This document shows positions 12,318-24,604 of a stretch of 64,000 nucleotides of DNA, one piece after another. Each line of letters opens with the position of its first letter. Within the stretch, counting starts at the first letter, position 1. The stretch is from Anthoceros angustus. Its lineage: Eukaryota > Plantae > Anthocerotophyta. Position numbers and translations under genes: made by a program. The notes beneath the pieces were generated by a model. The model did not search any database. It saw only the letters and a program-made list of their open reading frames with translations, and was not told where the DNA came from. Location: assembly GCA_010909165.1 (NCBI GenBank), contig MU008165.1:1240001-1304000 (forward strand), read 5' to 3'.

Positions 12318-13687
12318 CACATAAAGGCAGAAGGGCCCGGGGCCCGTAGCCCGGGCCCGCGCCAGCGCCCACTCCCCTAGGTCCCTGTCAGGACTGATTA
12401 GATCGGCTTGTCGCGATCCGCCTATTCTGTATTTTGTTAAATTGATACCGGCCAGCAGGTGCGGTGGGCCCGGACTGAGCATGACATGTCGGTTCCCGCG
12501 TCTCCAATCGCGGCCAGTTGGCGAAGCCGGATTGCACCACCTGCAGCGATGTACCAGCCCACGTCAACAAGGCCGGGGCGTACGTGGCGTGACGCGCACG
12601 GCCCAGTGGTCCACCTCGGATTGTGAAACCTGGCCCGCTTGTTGCGAACCGGGTAAAAGGCATTTAGCGACAAATTTGAATGCCATTGGCCGGGGTGACT
12701 TGGCCGGACCTCCGAAGCGCCTGCTCTATAAGCGGCCACAGTCGCGTGGCCCGCCCCAGCAGAGCCTGGGCACCGCTAGCCCTGCCGCCCGCATCTGTCC
12801 CTCAGAGCCTCGCCAGCGTCTGCGTCCTGCGTCCTGCGTCCTGCATTCCTGCGTCTTGCGTCCGGAAGGCGGCTGGCCGCAGGCAGCAATCAGGAACCTC
12901 GCCCTCCTGATCGATTCCTCTGCTGACGCCATGTCCACAGCTCCCCGCTGTCACGCCGCCCGGACCCTCTGATTCATTCGCTTCTGCGACCAAGCGTCGG
13001 CCGCATTGTGGCTGCTGATCCGATCGCGCGCGGGGCCGGCGCCACCAGCAAATTTGGCATTGCGAGGCGGCAGCAGTCAGCAGAGCAGACGAGTCGAGGC
13101 TGCCTGCCCTCTCCGCTGCGCTCTCGAATGCTTCAAAGAAGCACTGGCTCCTGATTGCCCCACCCGGCATCCGGGGGTGGACACTTGGCGGGCCTTTGGT
13201 GTGGCTCATAGTGCGGAAAGTTCGTGCTCCTCCTTCCTCCCGGTTTCAGCCGCAATGCAGGATGGGATGGAGGGGGGAATTGGGCTAGGTTGAGGGAGCC
13301 TGGCATTCTTGGGCACAGGATCTGGTTGCGGGAGCCCTAGGACGGGGCCCCGGCTGGCTTGGCTTAGCTTAGCTGCGGGCAAGGGCAAGGGCAGGGCAGG
13401 GCAGGGCTGTGGTGGAGTGGGGTGGATTGCGGACGAGTGAGTGGCCCGGGCGACACCAGGAAGGAAGACTGCACATGTGGGTGGGCTTCTTGCATTTTCA
13501 GCGTCCACTGCACTGCCTGCTGTTGGACGCGGAGGATGTGCTGCTTGTGCTGGTCGGGAGTTGCGATTGGCTTGTGGGAGGAGAGTTGGTTGTTACGGGG
13601 TGATCTGTGCGGGTTGTGGATGGACGCCTTAGGGAGTGGAAGGTCGGGGGTCTGAGACTTGGGAGGAAAGGGAGGAGGACTCGCGAT

Positions 13688-16600
13688 ATGGAGCCCCACG
13701 AGGGAAGCACGTTGCCTGCCCATGAGGCTCAGGCACGTGGGGGTGAGGCGGAAGCGGAAAGCTCGTCTGGTGCCCATGACTGGAAGGAGCGTGCTATCCA
13801 AGAAGTAGGTGGCTCGGGTGGTGCGTTACCTCAGGTTGTGCCTTTGGAGGAAGGGACGTGCCCAGCTGAGGGTAACCCTGCAGGAGGTGTTGATGTTGGA
13901 ATGACGGATACGATTCAGGTCCCTTTCGCTCGTAAGGCGACAGGGAAAGGGGACGGGGACGGGGACGGGGACGGGTTGGAAAGTGAAGCAGCTCACGCAG
14001 AGGTGGAGGCCGGTGGAGAGCTTTCGCCTGTGAGAAAACTGAAACTGGAAAGTGATGTGCAGCAAGAGGATGACGAAAGGCCTGTGAAGGAGAAGAGGAA
14101 GGTGGGAAGGCCCCGGAAAAAGGAGGTGAAGGTGACAACCAAGAAGTTGCTTCCGAGGCCCAGCGTCGTGTATCAAGACTATGCTCACATGTACTCGACT
14201 CCCCAAGTTGCTCCGACGTGGAGTGAGCAAGGAGACTGTTTGATGGGGAAGCCCGCGGACTCTCCTGCTGAACATATCCCTTCTCCAGGAGGTGATCTGG
14301 GAGGGGCGGCACAAGAAGAAGACGTCAAGGATGATGGTCTCAGGGACAGTAAGAAAAAGGGACGCAAGGCTGAGGGTGCATCAAAGCAGGCGAGGAAGAA
14401 GCCAGCCGGTCCAGCTCCTGCAAAGTGGCCCTTCTATCCAGGCATGCTGTATCCTTATGTGCAGCAGGGACATTACCCACCTGGTATGTTTGCTCCTCCC
14501 TTTCCGCCTTATTTTCCTCCCTTGCCTGCCGCCGCCGGGCCCCCCTTCCACATGTCACCGATACCGCACACTGTTCCCGCGCCTGGCGTGCAGATGCAAC
14601 CGCCGACGCCGTCTTATCACCCGCCTAGCCTCCACCATGTCATGCATCATCCTTTCCTGCATCAACCGTTTCAGGCGCCACCCATGTATAATGATCTGGT
14701 CCATCAGTTGCAGCAAGTATCGTCCTTCTTTGCGCAATTGGTGCCAAATCTATGTAAAGTTTGCCAAGCTACTGCTGTGCAGCTTGCCCCTCCTCCCTAT
14801 CAAGCCGTTTTCTTCTGTGATGACAAGCACGGCGAGCCTGCACCTCAGGATGAACAGGAGACAGACAGGAAGAGGCAAAGGAGTTCTGTTATCTTCTCCC
14901 AACAGGACCTGGTCGGCCAGGATGAAAATGGGGTTATGATCCATGCTCCTCGGGAGTTCCTGAGTAAGAGAGTGAAGAAGGACGGGACGGCTTCTCTTCT
15001 ACCATCGCTCAAGGAACATGTCTACTACATCCCTGCAGATGGAGACCCCAGGCTCGACCAACAGAAGGTTCTCTACTGCCTTTTTGCATCCTAAATACGG
15101 GTTCCTATTCCCGGGATGATGTTTGGGACGTACTTACTTGGCATCTCAGCAGCACTGGTGGAGTTGGCAGTATGTGTCGTGTCTTCTGCTGCTAAAATAC
15201 TCATGTTGCTCATACTCCGCTGTTTGCAGATCAAAGGCGGAAAGAGAAAGCGGCCAGTTATTTATATCAAGTGGCAAGCTTTTGAGCGCCTTGGCCGTCA
15301 TGCTGTTGATCTCGATCTTCATGTGAAAGATGGCCTGAGGCTGAAGTAAGTGTTGCGTCCATCAGTCGTTTCACCTATTATTGAGACGATGCCTACAAGT
15401 GTATACAATGTTAACTACTGTCTTTTACCAGAGAATTGAAGAAGAGAAAACTGCAGCTGCAAGAGGCGTTGAAAGAACAGGGTCAGGAGATCAAGCGCCT
15501 GAAATGTGAGATTGCTGGCAAGGATGACAGGATTCAAAGGCTGAGAACAGCAGGTGGATATAGTAATGACGGTGATGATATCAGCACCTTTCCTGAAGAT
15601 GAGGCCAAGCTCATCACTCAGGAAGATGTTGTACACTCTGTGGTTGGCAAATGCGCAAACTCCCCATCCAAGTGCTGTGGCGCCCAGTGTGGAGGGAATG
15701 TTATGGCTGATGAAGAAGCGGCCTCAGGTTGTCGCCGGAGTTGTTTGTACATTGAAGAGGGGAGGGACGATACTGTTATGCTGGGATCCGGCAGTGACAT
15801 TTCCTCTTCGCAAAAGCTCAAGGGACCGAAGGGGCCGTCGCTAGGGCCGAAGCTAAGCAGAATAGATAAGCAGAAGAAGTACAACAGTATGGTGAAAGAC
15901 ATGCTGAAACGACAGCAGTGTGTCTCCAACGGGATTGTTGTGTTTGAGGCCTCTCCTGCAACCAAATCTCAGGGTAGACAGGAGCAGGAAAATGTACAAT
16001 ACTTCCATGACGATCGGCCAGCTGAGGCGGAAGGCATATCCGCAGCAGAAGGGCATAGCTCCGAAGGAGTCGCGCTCCTAGCAGCTTTTTCCCGCCATCA
16101 CCAGGTGAGTCGTACCTGTCCTGAGGTGTCAGCGCCAATCGTGCCAGTCATGCCCATCTGCCATCCTCATGGCCAACTTCAAAGGCATCCATCCGGTTTT
16201 CCGAGGCTGTCACTTCAACTGATACCAGAACAAGGAGAGCGACTGGGAGGCAGTTCACTCTCTTCTTCTGTGCGCGGTACTCAAGTGCATCCTGGAGCGC
16301 ACCAACAGGAGCAGATGATTGGCCATTCAAATCATAGATTGCTTCTCCACCAACAGCGCAGAGAAGAGAGTCGCAGGGATCGACACTACCCTGCAGACCT
16401 GGGATCAGCAGCAGAAATGCAGCAGCAGCAGTTTAGAATGTGCCAACCAGAGCACCCAGATGTAACCCATCAGCATGTGGAACAAGGGCACCGTTACAGC
16501 AGCCATCCATTAGTACAGAGTGAATACCATCGTCAAACTGGCCCAGTGTTCAGAGACAGCATGCATTGTTCCGCATGCCAGCAGCTTCCGCCTGAGCGTC

Positions 16601-16780
16601 ACCCACCGCCAAGCCACACTTCCACAGGTTTGTGAAAATGTGCATTCCTTGTGCTTAGCCTATTGCACACTCGTGTGTTCCTTTTCGGTAACTGATGTTT
16701 ATCACTCTCTCACTTTTTCAGACTCAGTAGCATCGAGAGAGGGCTCCCCCAGATGTGCTTGGTCATACCACAGGCAATAG
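13688..16780 (+). CDS. Uncharacterised AT-hook, proline-rich and coiled-coil protein (predicted exons 13688-15067, 15230-15345, 15432-16627, 16722-16780)
   Basis: Long ORFs join in frame across GT-AG introns; KVGRPRKK AT-hook, Pro/His-rich segment, coiled coil ELKKRKLQLQEALKEQGQEIKRLK. The last intron is tentative (alternative stop at 16635). Confidence 0.7.
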
Positions 16781-17081
16781 AGACGTCGGTGTACCTGGGG
16801 GAGCATGGCGCGTTCAAGGTATTAGGTACGCTGGAAAGAAGCGTTCCTTGTTGCTTGGTACGCCACCCTCGGCTTGGTATAGCCACCCGACAAATGGCAA
16901 ACAAACACCTTTAGCGGGATTGGCAACGACCTCACTGACCTTGAATTGCACACATAAAAATTGTGTATGAGCTTTAATAAGGTGTGCTAAATCCCAGGCA
17001 TCATTGAAGGAGAAACGGACGACTACAAAAAAATTGACAGCCAACCACGCGGCTGTTGTGACCTGAATTGCTGGCCATGCA

Positions 17082-18004
17082 TCACTTATCTAGGGACACT
17101 AGGACTGAAACTAGCTTATCAACTGGACAATCAGTAAACAACGATGCAGGATAGACCGCACTCCCCCACTTCGGATGGAGGACAATCTTGCAACATCCCG
17201 CGTTGGCAAATGGATACCGCAACAAAGTCACCAGTGCCTCCACCTCACTCCAGGCAGTGTTCCCTTGCCGGCTGATAACCTACAGACACATCCGTAGACG
17301 AAGAAATCAGCATCGGGCTTTAACCTAGACGCTTCTAATGCAGAATGAGATGAATACCGGTAGGCCGGAACAGGGATCAATGTAATCAGCGAAGTAGCCC
17401 TCTGAAGCCAGGTTCTTGCACACAAGTTGCGCCCACTCCATAAACTGCAGAGGAAAGGTGACTCATCAGAGAGCGCAATTCCACCCACACTGCACTTCGC
17501 CCGAAGAGGAGTTGACAGATACGTTTACCGTTTCCAGGCATTTATCCTTTTCCTCTTCCACAGTCGGACCGACACCAACTAAATCCACTGCTGCATGTTG
17601 GCAAGTAGGGACTATGAGCAATTTACTGGCATCACGCCCGGGAAAGACAGCGTCCACAGCGCTGCGCAGCAGCCTTGGACATTCTGCACCACAAAGTCCG
17701 CATTTGTTCAGCCACTACTGCTCCCACAATCGGCCACAACCGAAATTACGCCGGGAAGGCTACAAAGGGAACAAACACAGCTCCAACCAATCCGCGTTCA
17801 CGAATCTAGCCACACTTTCAAGCAGCCAACCGATCCCAAAGCCCTAAACAAGACACACAGCAGATCCAGCGAAACAGGAATCGCTCAACACAGCGTACGG
17901 TGGACAGAAATTTCAATCCCTCGAGCGTTGCTCCACACGCCGCACAAGCACGTGTTCTTGCGCTTCCTCCTCACCTCCTCCTCCTCACCCCCGTTGCACA
18001 CCAT
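17082..18004 (-). CDS. MMADHC: Cobalamin trafficking protein CblD/MMADHC homologue, 181 aa; exons 18004-17899, 17683-17529, 17444-17358, 17279-17082
   Basis: Manual splicing gives MVCNGG...GIEISVHQCPRLLRSAVDAVFPG...LLIVPTCQH...EEKDKCLETFMEWAQLVCKNLASEGYFADYIDPCSGLP...AWSEVEALVTLLRY...NAGCCKIVLHPKWGSAVYPASLFT...LDK*. The DYIDP-SG, CCK and HP-WG motifs are MMADHC hallmarks; all introns are GT-AG and in frame. Confidence 0.9.
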
Positions 18005-19700
18005 CTCCCTTCCCTTGACGCGCGCTCCACGCCGCTCCCTGCTCCTGCCAGCGCTCTTGCACGCGCCAACTGCCAAATTTCTCCGCACCAACGATCTGCT
18101 CACGCGGACCACCAGCGCGCACACATTTTCACCCGACACTTCCTTTCAGTCTCTGGTGAAGCGTGAGCTGGAGCGTGAACGGGCCAGCAGTCAAGTCCAT
18201 GTTCGCACCACCTCCGCCACTCATGTTCCATAAACACCCGAGGCCGACAATCTCTCTCCGGCCGTGGCGGCCGAGCTGTGGGGCCCACTCGTCGAACTGC
18301 CTGCCGCTACCGCTAATTGTGCCTATGCGAGGCAAGAATCGTGCGCGCAGGACAACTCTTTTTTAACAATTTTGGTAGAAACGCTACCAACATGTGGTCA
18401 TGCGTTTCCAAGACATACAAAAGTACGTATGTATGGGTATTGATAGAAACGTATGCATAATAAATTATATATATAAATGAATAAATTGAGAGTTATATTA
18501 TATATATATTTATGTATATATATATAGATGTCATTAAGAACTTGTGAGGAAGAATATTTTTTTATTCTTCAAAATATGGAAGGGGTGGGAGAAGAGAGGA
18601 TTTTATAACATAATAAAATCTTTACATAGGTATATAATCTTATCAATTATCATAGAAAAAATCCCAATCATTCCGCCTAGAATCACACCATACCATACAA
18701 GGGATAGGAGTGATGTGTTTTAAAGAGTGTTGTTTCTGAATGTGGTATATTCAACAAAGCTTCTCTTATATATCTTTCCCTATGATATATGTATGATATC
18801 TCTTCCCACGATATATATATATATATTGTGGGAAACTAAGACCTATAAGTGATATATGTGTATATTCTTGTTGCACAGTATATGATACTTTCCCTTGTAC
18901 ATGTCCTCTCCGTCGAATGTAGCAAGGCTATTCATCATCATCCATTCTTAATGATGGTAACAACATACAATATGGAAAAGGGAACCAAACTTGCTTGGCC
19001 TCTATGTTGTATGCGTGGATGATCATATTCTTAGGACTTTATCTTGATACTTTTGCTTCTACATTTCCTCTCATTGTATACAACAAGACTACTCATCATT
19101 CACTCTTAATGGTTGTTACAACATACAATATCAACAAGGGAACCAAACTTGTTTAGCTCTCTACTTTGTATGTATGAAAATATTACATTATACTTGTTAT
19201 TAAGGTCTCACTACTAAGAAGTCTAAGATGCTCTAGCTGCAACTTGTATTATGTTTTTGTGAGTTATCGTTTATCTCTAAAACATGATGCAAGACATAAA
19301 TTCTTAACGAATACAAAATAGAATAGAGGCTAGACCGAAACCTAAAGTTAATCCCATAATGACGAATCTACTCGAAACAAGTCTTTCATAGTACATACCA
19401 CTCCATACATTTAGTTTTACCCATATTTTGAACTTACTAACCTTGAGCATATATTTCCTTGGCTTGGTCCTTCAATATCATGTGTTTTTAAAAAGTTAAA
19501 AAAAAAACTTGAAATCCAACCTTTACCTCAAAGATTTCAATAGACTCTTTTAACTCATGCTACTTGATACACATGTATCCATAATTGGAACCCTTACAAG
19601 GTTCTTGGCCTTTGAGAAAATTCCTTGGCAATCAAGTATTACTTTTGAACTCCTGCACTTGACTGCATGTACATCCATTACTGTCTCCACATGCAAAGAA

Positions 19701-19844
19701 GATAGTGCTGGGTGTCTATGCAAATGTTTGCTCAAGGAAGCATGGATAGACAATGCTGGGTGTTTATGCAAATGTTTGCTCAAGGAAGCGTGGTAAGACA
19801 GTGCTGGGTGTCCGTGCAAATGTTTGCTCAAGGGAGCGTGGATT
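19701..19844. repeat. Tandem repeat, 48 bp x3
   Basis: ga(t/c)a(g/a)tgctgggtgt...tgcaaatgtttgctcaagg(a/g)agc(a/g)tgg units at 19701, 19749 and 19797, with no spacers. Confidence 0.9.
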
Positions 19845-20843
19845 GTAGCATCCTAAATAAAAAAAGATTCTACCTGAAAACCAAAAAACGAGGCTCTGGG
19901 AAAATTACATGGATTTTGGTGCAAGAATGTATAGGCATCAGAGTTGTGAGTGGCATACATCATTTTAAATAGAATGACATATTCGTAATTATGGTGTAAA
20001 TAGAAAAATGAGAACAATCAACATACCCTCCGAAAAAATATAATGAATATTTGAGCAGAAAAATCGCAGAAAAGCCCTCCGTCATTCTATGGTTAACACA
20101 CTAGTCCTGTAGCAAAATCTGGGATGATGCACGTCTCGTCATCCGCAAAAACCAAACCAAGTGTTCTCTTAAAAGTGCAATCCGGCGACAGATGTTGACC
20201 TCCAACCATTCCACTTAGTAATGAGGTCCCCGTCCACCAGTTGCTAAATCTGAATGAGGTTTGTGACTGAGAGCTCACCGCTAATGTTTTGTAGATTGCG
20301 CTTCTCATCTCACTAAGAAAGATTCACCGGATTGATTCATTGGAAATCGTGGCTGGAGAAGGTTGTGAAATGCTGGATCAGAAGCTGCTTGTGTCACCGG
20401 GCCCCAATATTTGGGTGTGCTAAAGAAGAAATCACGTCATTTCCACAAACCAATGGGGCCCCAAGGCGTATCACCGTTACGCACCTCGGCCCAGTCCCAA
20501 GTAGCAAGCTGGCCAATCTGTGATGCTGGGGGAATGAGGAGAGCTTGAGTATAATACACTCCAAAGAAATACCCAGGATTATTATATACGATGGATTGTT
20601 GGAATAATACACTGAAAGAAAATACCAAATATTATTAAAGTAGTCCTCTACAAGAAAATGCCGAGGATTGTTGGAGGACTATGCTCCTAGAAAATCCAAT
20701 CTAAAGTCTTCTATTGCACACACCTATTATCGAAGCCAGATCTACAAAGACTTATCTACTCTAACCAAGAGTAGAAAGAACATAATTAAATAAGAAAATA
20801 CTTTTTGATATAAATTTTTAACGGGATGGACTCTAACCAATTA

Positions 20844-21725
20844 CTAAGCTGGCCTACAACTATAATTGGGCAATGATATCGAGTCTGCAAGACATCGTAA
20901 TTGGGCAACCTTTTCCAAAATCTTCGCCCTTACCAAAATATCTCTCATGGTGCTCTTCGTAAGAGTAGATTCAAGAGCTGAAAGCTTTAGATGTGTTAAA
21001 GTCTCATCTAACGTCTCCAAGGTAATATCAAGTTCCCCACATCTATGAGCAATCCACAATTCCAGCTGTCCGGTGCTTGATGGAGAAGCTTGTGACGAAA
21101 TCTCCTTTGAACCTAAAAAAGTAAAAATCTGCTGCAAGATCTCATTATAATTTTTATATACTCGGTTGATCAAGAAATAATGGTGGAAGGCAAAACACGC
21201 CGTTCCCATTACTGCAACCAATGCTATTCCCGATGACGCGTCTTGAAACATCTTATTCCGTTCCACTGAACTTGTGCTTTTCATGCCAACCATGACCATT
21301 CCTACAGATCCTAGCAGGGAAAACTTGGCCACATACTCCATCGACGTTCTAACACTTTTAGACTTTTTTTTGCGAACTTGCCAAACTAAGGGAGCCTGCA
21401 AAACTTCATTCACTCTTCTCACTGAACTCTCAAGTAAGGTCCATAAAGCAGGTCCCCTGGTTAGAAGTAATCTTCGAAGATCGCTTTCAGACATCTCCAC
21501 TAATATTAATATCTCAAACAGTTTCCGCCATAGCAGGGAAGCTATCTCCGAGTCTTCAAATGCCACCTCGGAAAATGTTACTAATTCTCTGGCTACTGTT
21601 TGAAGCACTTGTGCAGCAGTTTTCTCACTTCGATGTTCATCCAACACGCTGATAAGACACTCCATCTCAGCTCTGCTCATAGTAGTGAGCGGCCTGTGGG
21701 AACCGCACCTGAAAGATTTACGCAT
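20844..21725 (-). CDS. Orphan intronless protein, 293 aa, two predicted hydrophobic helices
   Basis: Uninterrupted ATG-started ORF in a comparatively AT-rich region; hydrophobic segments YVAKFSLLGSVGMVMVGM and SGIALVAVMGTACFAFHHYFLI; no family recognised. Confidence 0.55.
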   Translation of the reverse strand: MRKSFRCGSHRPLTTMSRAEMECLISVLDEHRSEKTAAQVLQTVARELVTFSEVAFEDSEIASLLWRKLFEILILVEMSESDLRRLLLTRGPALWTLLESSVRRVNEVLQAPLVWQVRKKKSKSVRTSMEYVAKFSLLGSVGMVMVGMKSTSSVERNKMFQDASSGIALVAVMGTACFAFHHYFLINRVYKNYNEILQQIFTFLGSKEISSQASPSSTGQLELWIAHRCGELDITLETLDETLTHLKLSALESTLTKSTMRDILVRAKILEKVAQLRCLADSISLPNYSCRPA

Positions 21726-22597
21726 TCGACCAAGTCCTGCCCTTCCGCACCTCTAGAGCAGCTCCTCAAGTACTCTGAACTTACTGGTCAAGAATGTTGG
21801 GAAGTCTGCTTTCCATAACCAGTTCTTCCGAGGCCAGAGTGTGAGCCTTCTCCCTTCTCCCTTCAGCATGAGCGTTCCGGCCAGCTGCCTCCCTCCTTTC
21901 TGTTACCTCCAACAAACTCTTGTCCCACACATTTTGTTCTCCTAACCACCACAGCTCTCCAGTACATTACCCGCGCGCGAAACCTTTTCAGCAGCAACGT
22001 GACCAAACCGTCGGATCTTCCCGGTCGAAAAGGGAGCTTCTGCTTCGGGAGCTTATATTTCATCTCACATGAACAGTGTACAAACCGCATAGGTTGTACA
22101 CCATAACAAACAAGCGTGTACTCCGAATTGCGTACTGCACACCAACTGCCGCACCACAAAAAATACCACCAACATCGCATTTCATACTGTATTGAATGCA
22201 GGACTGAGATAAGAGGCCTCCTCCCTGGCAGGAAGTGCCCTTGCCAGCAACGGCAAGAGCGTGCTCCCACTTCACCTACCCAGCAACAACTTACACCAGC
22301 TTCCAGGAATTTCATACATCACCTTGCCTGAGGAGCAGCAGCAAAAGCAGGTCACAGTCCTGGGTCAAGGGGGCAATGCGCATTCGGCCTGGTATAGGGC
22401 CAGAGGGACTCCACATGTTTCATAATCACAAGACTCCATGCGCGTTGCTAGAGCAAGAAGAGCACGAAGCTTCACGATTTGCGGTTCTCATTATCTTTCC
22501 CGTCCGGACCTGAAGGAAATCGGCGCCTAGTCTGGAACGTCCTTCCCGATGTGGAGTGCGACACTCTTGGCACCGTGATGAACTTTTCCGCTGGGGC

Positions 22598-24604
22598 TCA
22601 TTTGGTGCCCTGTTGCGGAGGCTGTCCAAAGATTTGCATCACCAAACTTCCACCTGCCACACACCCAAGTCACCATGTTTCAACTGCTATTTAGGTGGGG
22701 AATTGGACAGCCGTTGGTCAAATCCATTACCTAAGATGAAGAGGGATCCCAGCCAGCCGTTTGGGCCCCATCGTTCACCGAGCAAAATCCACGCCACAGC
22801 CGCCCCCCACAAAGGTTCCAAGGTGTATATAACAGCTGTCTCCGTCGCAGTAACATCCCGCAGGGCCACCACCTGGGACACCAAACTACATGTCAACTCG
22901 AGGAGCGCGATGTGACTTGGACGGCTGCTCAGGACTTCACCATCACAGAGTTACCTCGATCCATAGACAGAACGCCGTCGTCAGCAAGCCGGTATAGAGC
23001 ATGGGCAGCAGCGGTATGCTGGTCATACAGTCCCAACAGCCAGCCCAGCTCATGGACATCGTTATATCCACATTCTTGCCGGAGGTTAGGAAATCACAGC
23101 CCGACCAGATACAAGATACCACTGCAATCACAAGGAGCTGTGGAAAATGTGAGTAGCTAATCAGCACTGCCTCGAACGAAGGAGCTTGACCAGTAAGACC
23201 ACAGTTAGCTTCCTTTACCTGGAGAGCAATGAGGGCAGTGGCGGTGTCGCTTTTCATGGACTTTGAGTAGTGCTCTGTTCTGAAAATTTGGACACCACCT
23301 GCAACAGCACTGATAAATGTGTACAGATCGCCAACCTGCATGCAGAAGAGCAGCTGCTGTGTTATAGATCCAGAATCCACATGCCCGATTACCTCCTCAA
23401 TTGGCCGGAATTGGGGATGAACGTACGGTGGGGGCACTGTCACTTGACTCAAGCAAGGCGACTCCTAGAAGAGCAGCAGCTGCAGCCCCCCAGGTGAGCT
23501 TAGGAATGCGAGCCCCAAAACAACCTGCTAAAAGGGGCACAACTATCACCTGCATCAAGATTGCAGCGTTGAGCAATTATGCCAGAGTGCAGGCGAGGAC
23601 GATAGAATGATTCATCGTCTGTACAGTGCTGATCTGACAGTCTGTTACCGTGAAGGTGGAAATGAAGGACGCACGTCCAGCCTCTGTGGTGAGAACTCCA
23701 ACAGCCTGGGTGAGGTAACCTAAACTGGCCCATGCTCCCAACTCCAAGCCCGCTATTCGGACTTCATCATCCTTCCAGGCGGCGTGCAGAAATGGGGAAA
23801 AGGCTAAACTGGCAATGCCAAACCTTCCTGCAGCAAATAACGCAGGATCCATACTAATCTCCACCTCCTTAAGGACAGCTATGTTGGTGCCTGCCAAACC
23901 AAGTCGAGACAAGGAGGAGATAAATGTCAAGCCACAGTTGCACAACTGTTCTACTGGTGGGACATGGTCATGTGCGGAAGACTCTGTGACCGGTGCCAGT
24001 ACAGCATCTATCTGGAGCGAGAAGTAGGATGATGTCACTAACCGTATAACATAGTGAGAACGTTGAGGAGTATAATTCCTCTGGTGCGGGGCGTGGCGGT
24101 GTCCCTCAGCTTCATCCACCAATGCCGTATCGTTTGACCTGAGGCTGCCTCCTCCCTCATCTCCTCCACCTCCGGGGACACCGTTCCACCATTTTCGTCG
24201 TTTCCCCGGCCGGGCCCAGCTTTGCTGCCAAGGAGCAGCCCCTCCAGCCTTGCACGGCTTCCTCGAATGTGGACCACGCCTGATTCGGTTGCGTGCCCGG
24301 CCAGGAATATGCTGTTCGTAACAGTACGACTATCTCGAATAGGCATGCCTACTGCGATGTCCTGTTCTCCTGACTCAGTCCTACTCTTCTTGGATTCACA
24401 AACCAACGATCCAGGTGATTTGCGAACTGCATGGATATGCTGGAGACTCTGAACACATCCTCTGGCACATCTCTGCTCAGCAATAGTACCACCGCCTCCT
24501 CCACCGCTTCGAACCAAGACAACACGTGCACAAGTGTGAGGCCTTTGCCAGGCCCCACATGATTTAGCTCCAAGTGCGGATGTCCTCATCTTGGTGCAAT
24601 TCAT
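22598..24604 (-). CDS. EamA/DMT-superfamily transporter with a transit-like N-terminus, multi-exon
   Basis: Exons encode GIILLNVLTMLY, RFGIASLAF, GLELG, LGYLTQAVG, RASFI, TAFCLWIE, TAVIYTLEPLWGA, LLGERWGPNGWLG and terminal GGSLVMQIFGQPPQQGTK*. Confidence 0.85.

Noticed and set aside
12330-13680. Many overlapping 60-170-aa ORFs as genes
   Set aside because: GC-rich promoter or 5' UTR sequence gives long chance ORFs; no motif or consistent splice structure found.
19701-19844. 48-bp repeats as a possible CRISPR array
   Set aside because: The units are directly adjacent with no unique spacers, no cas genes are present and the context is eukaryotic; an ordinary minisatellite.
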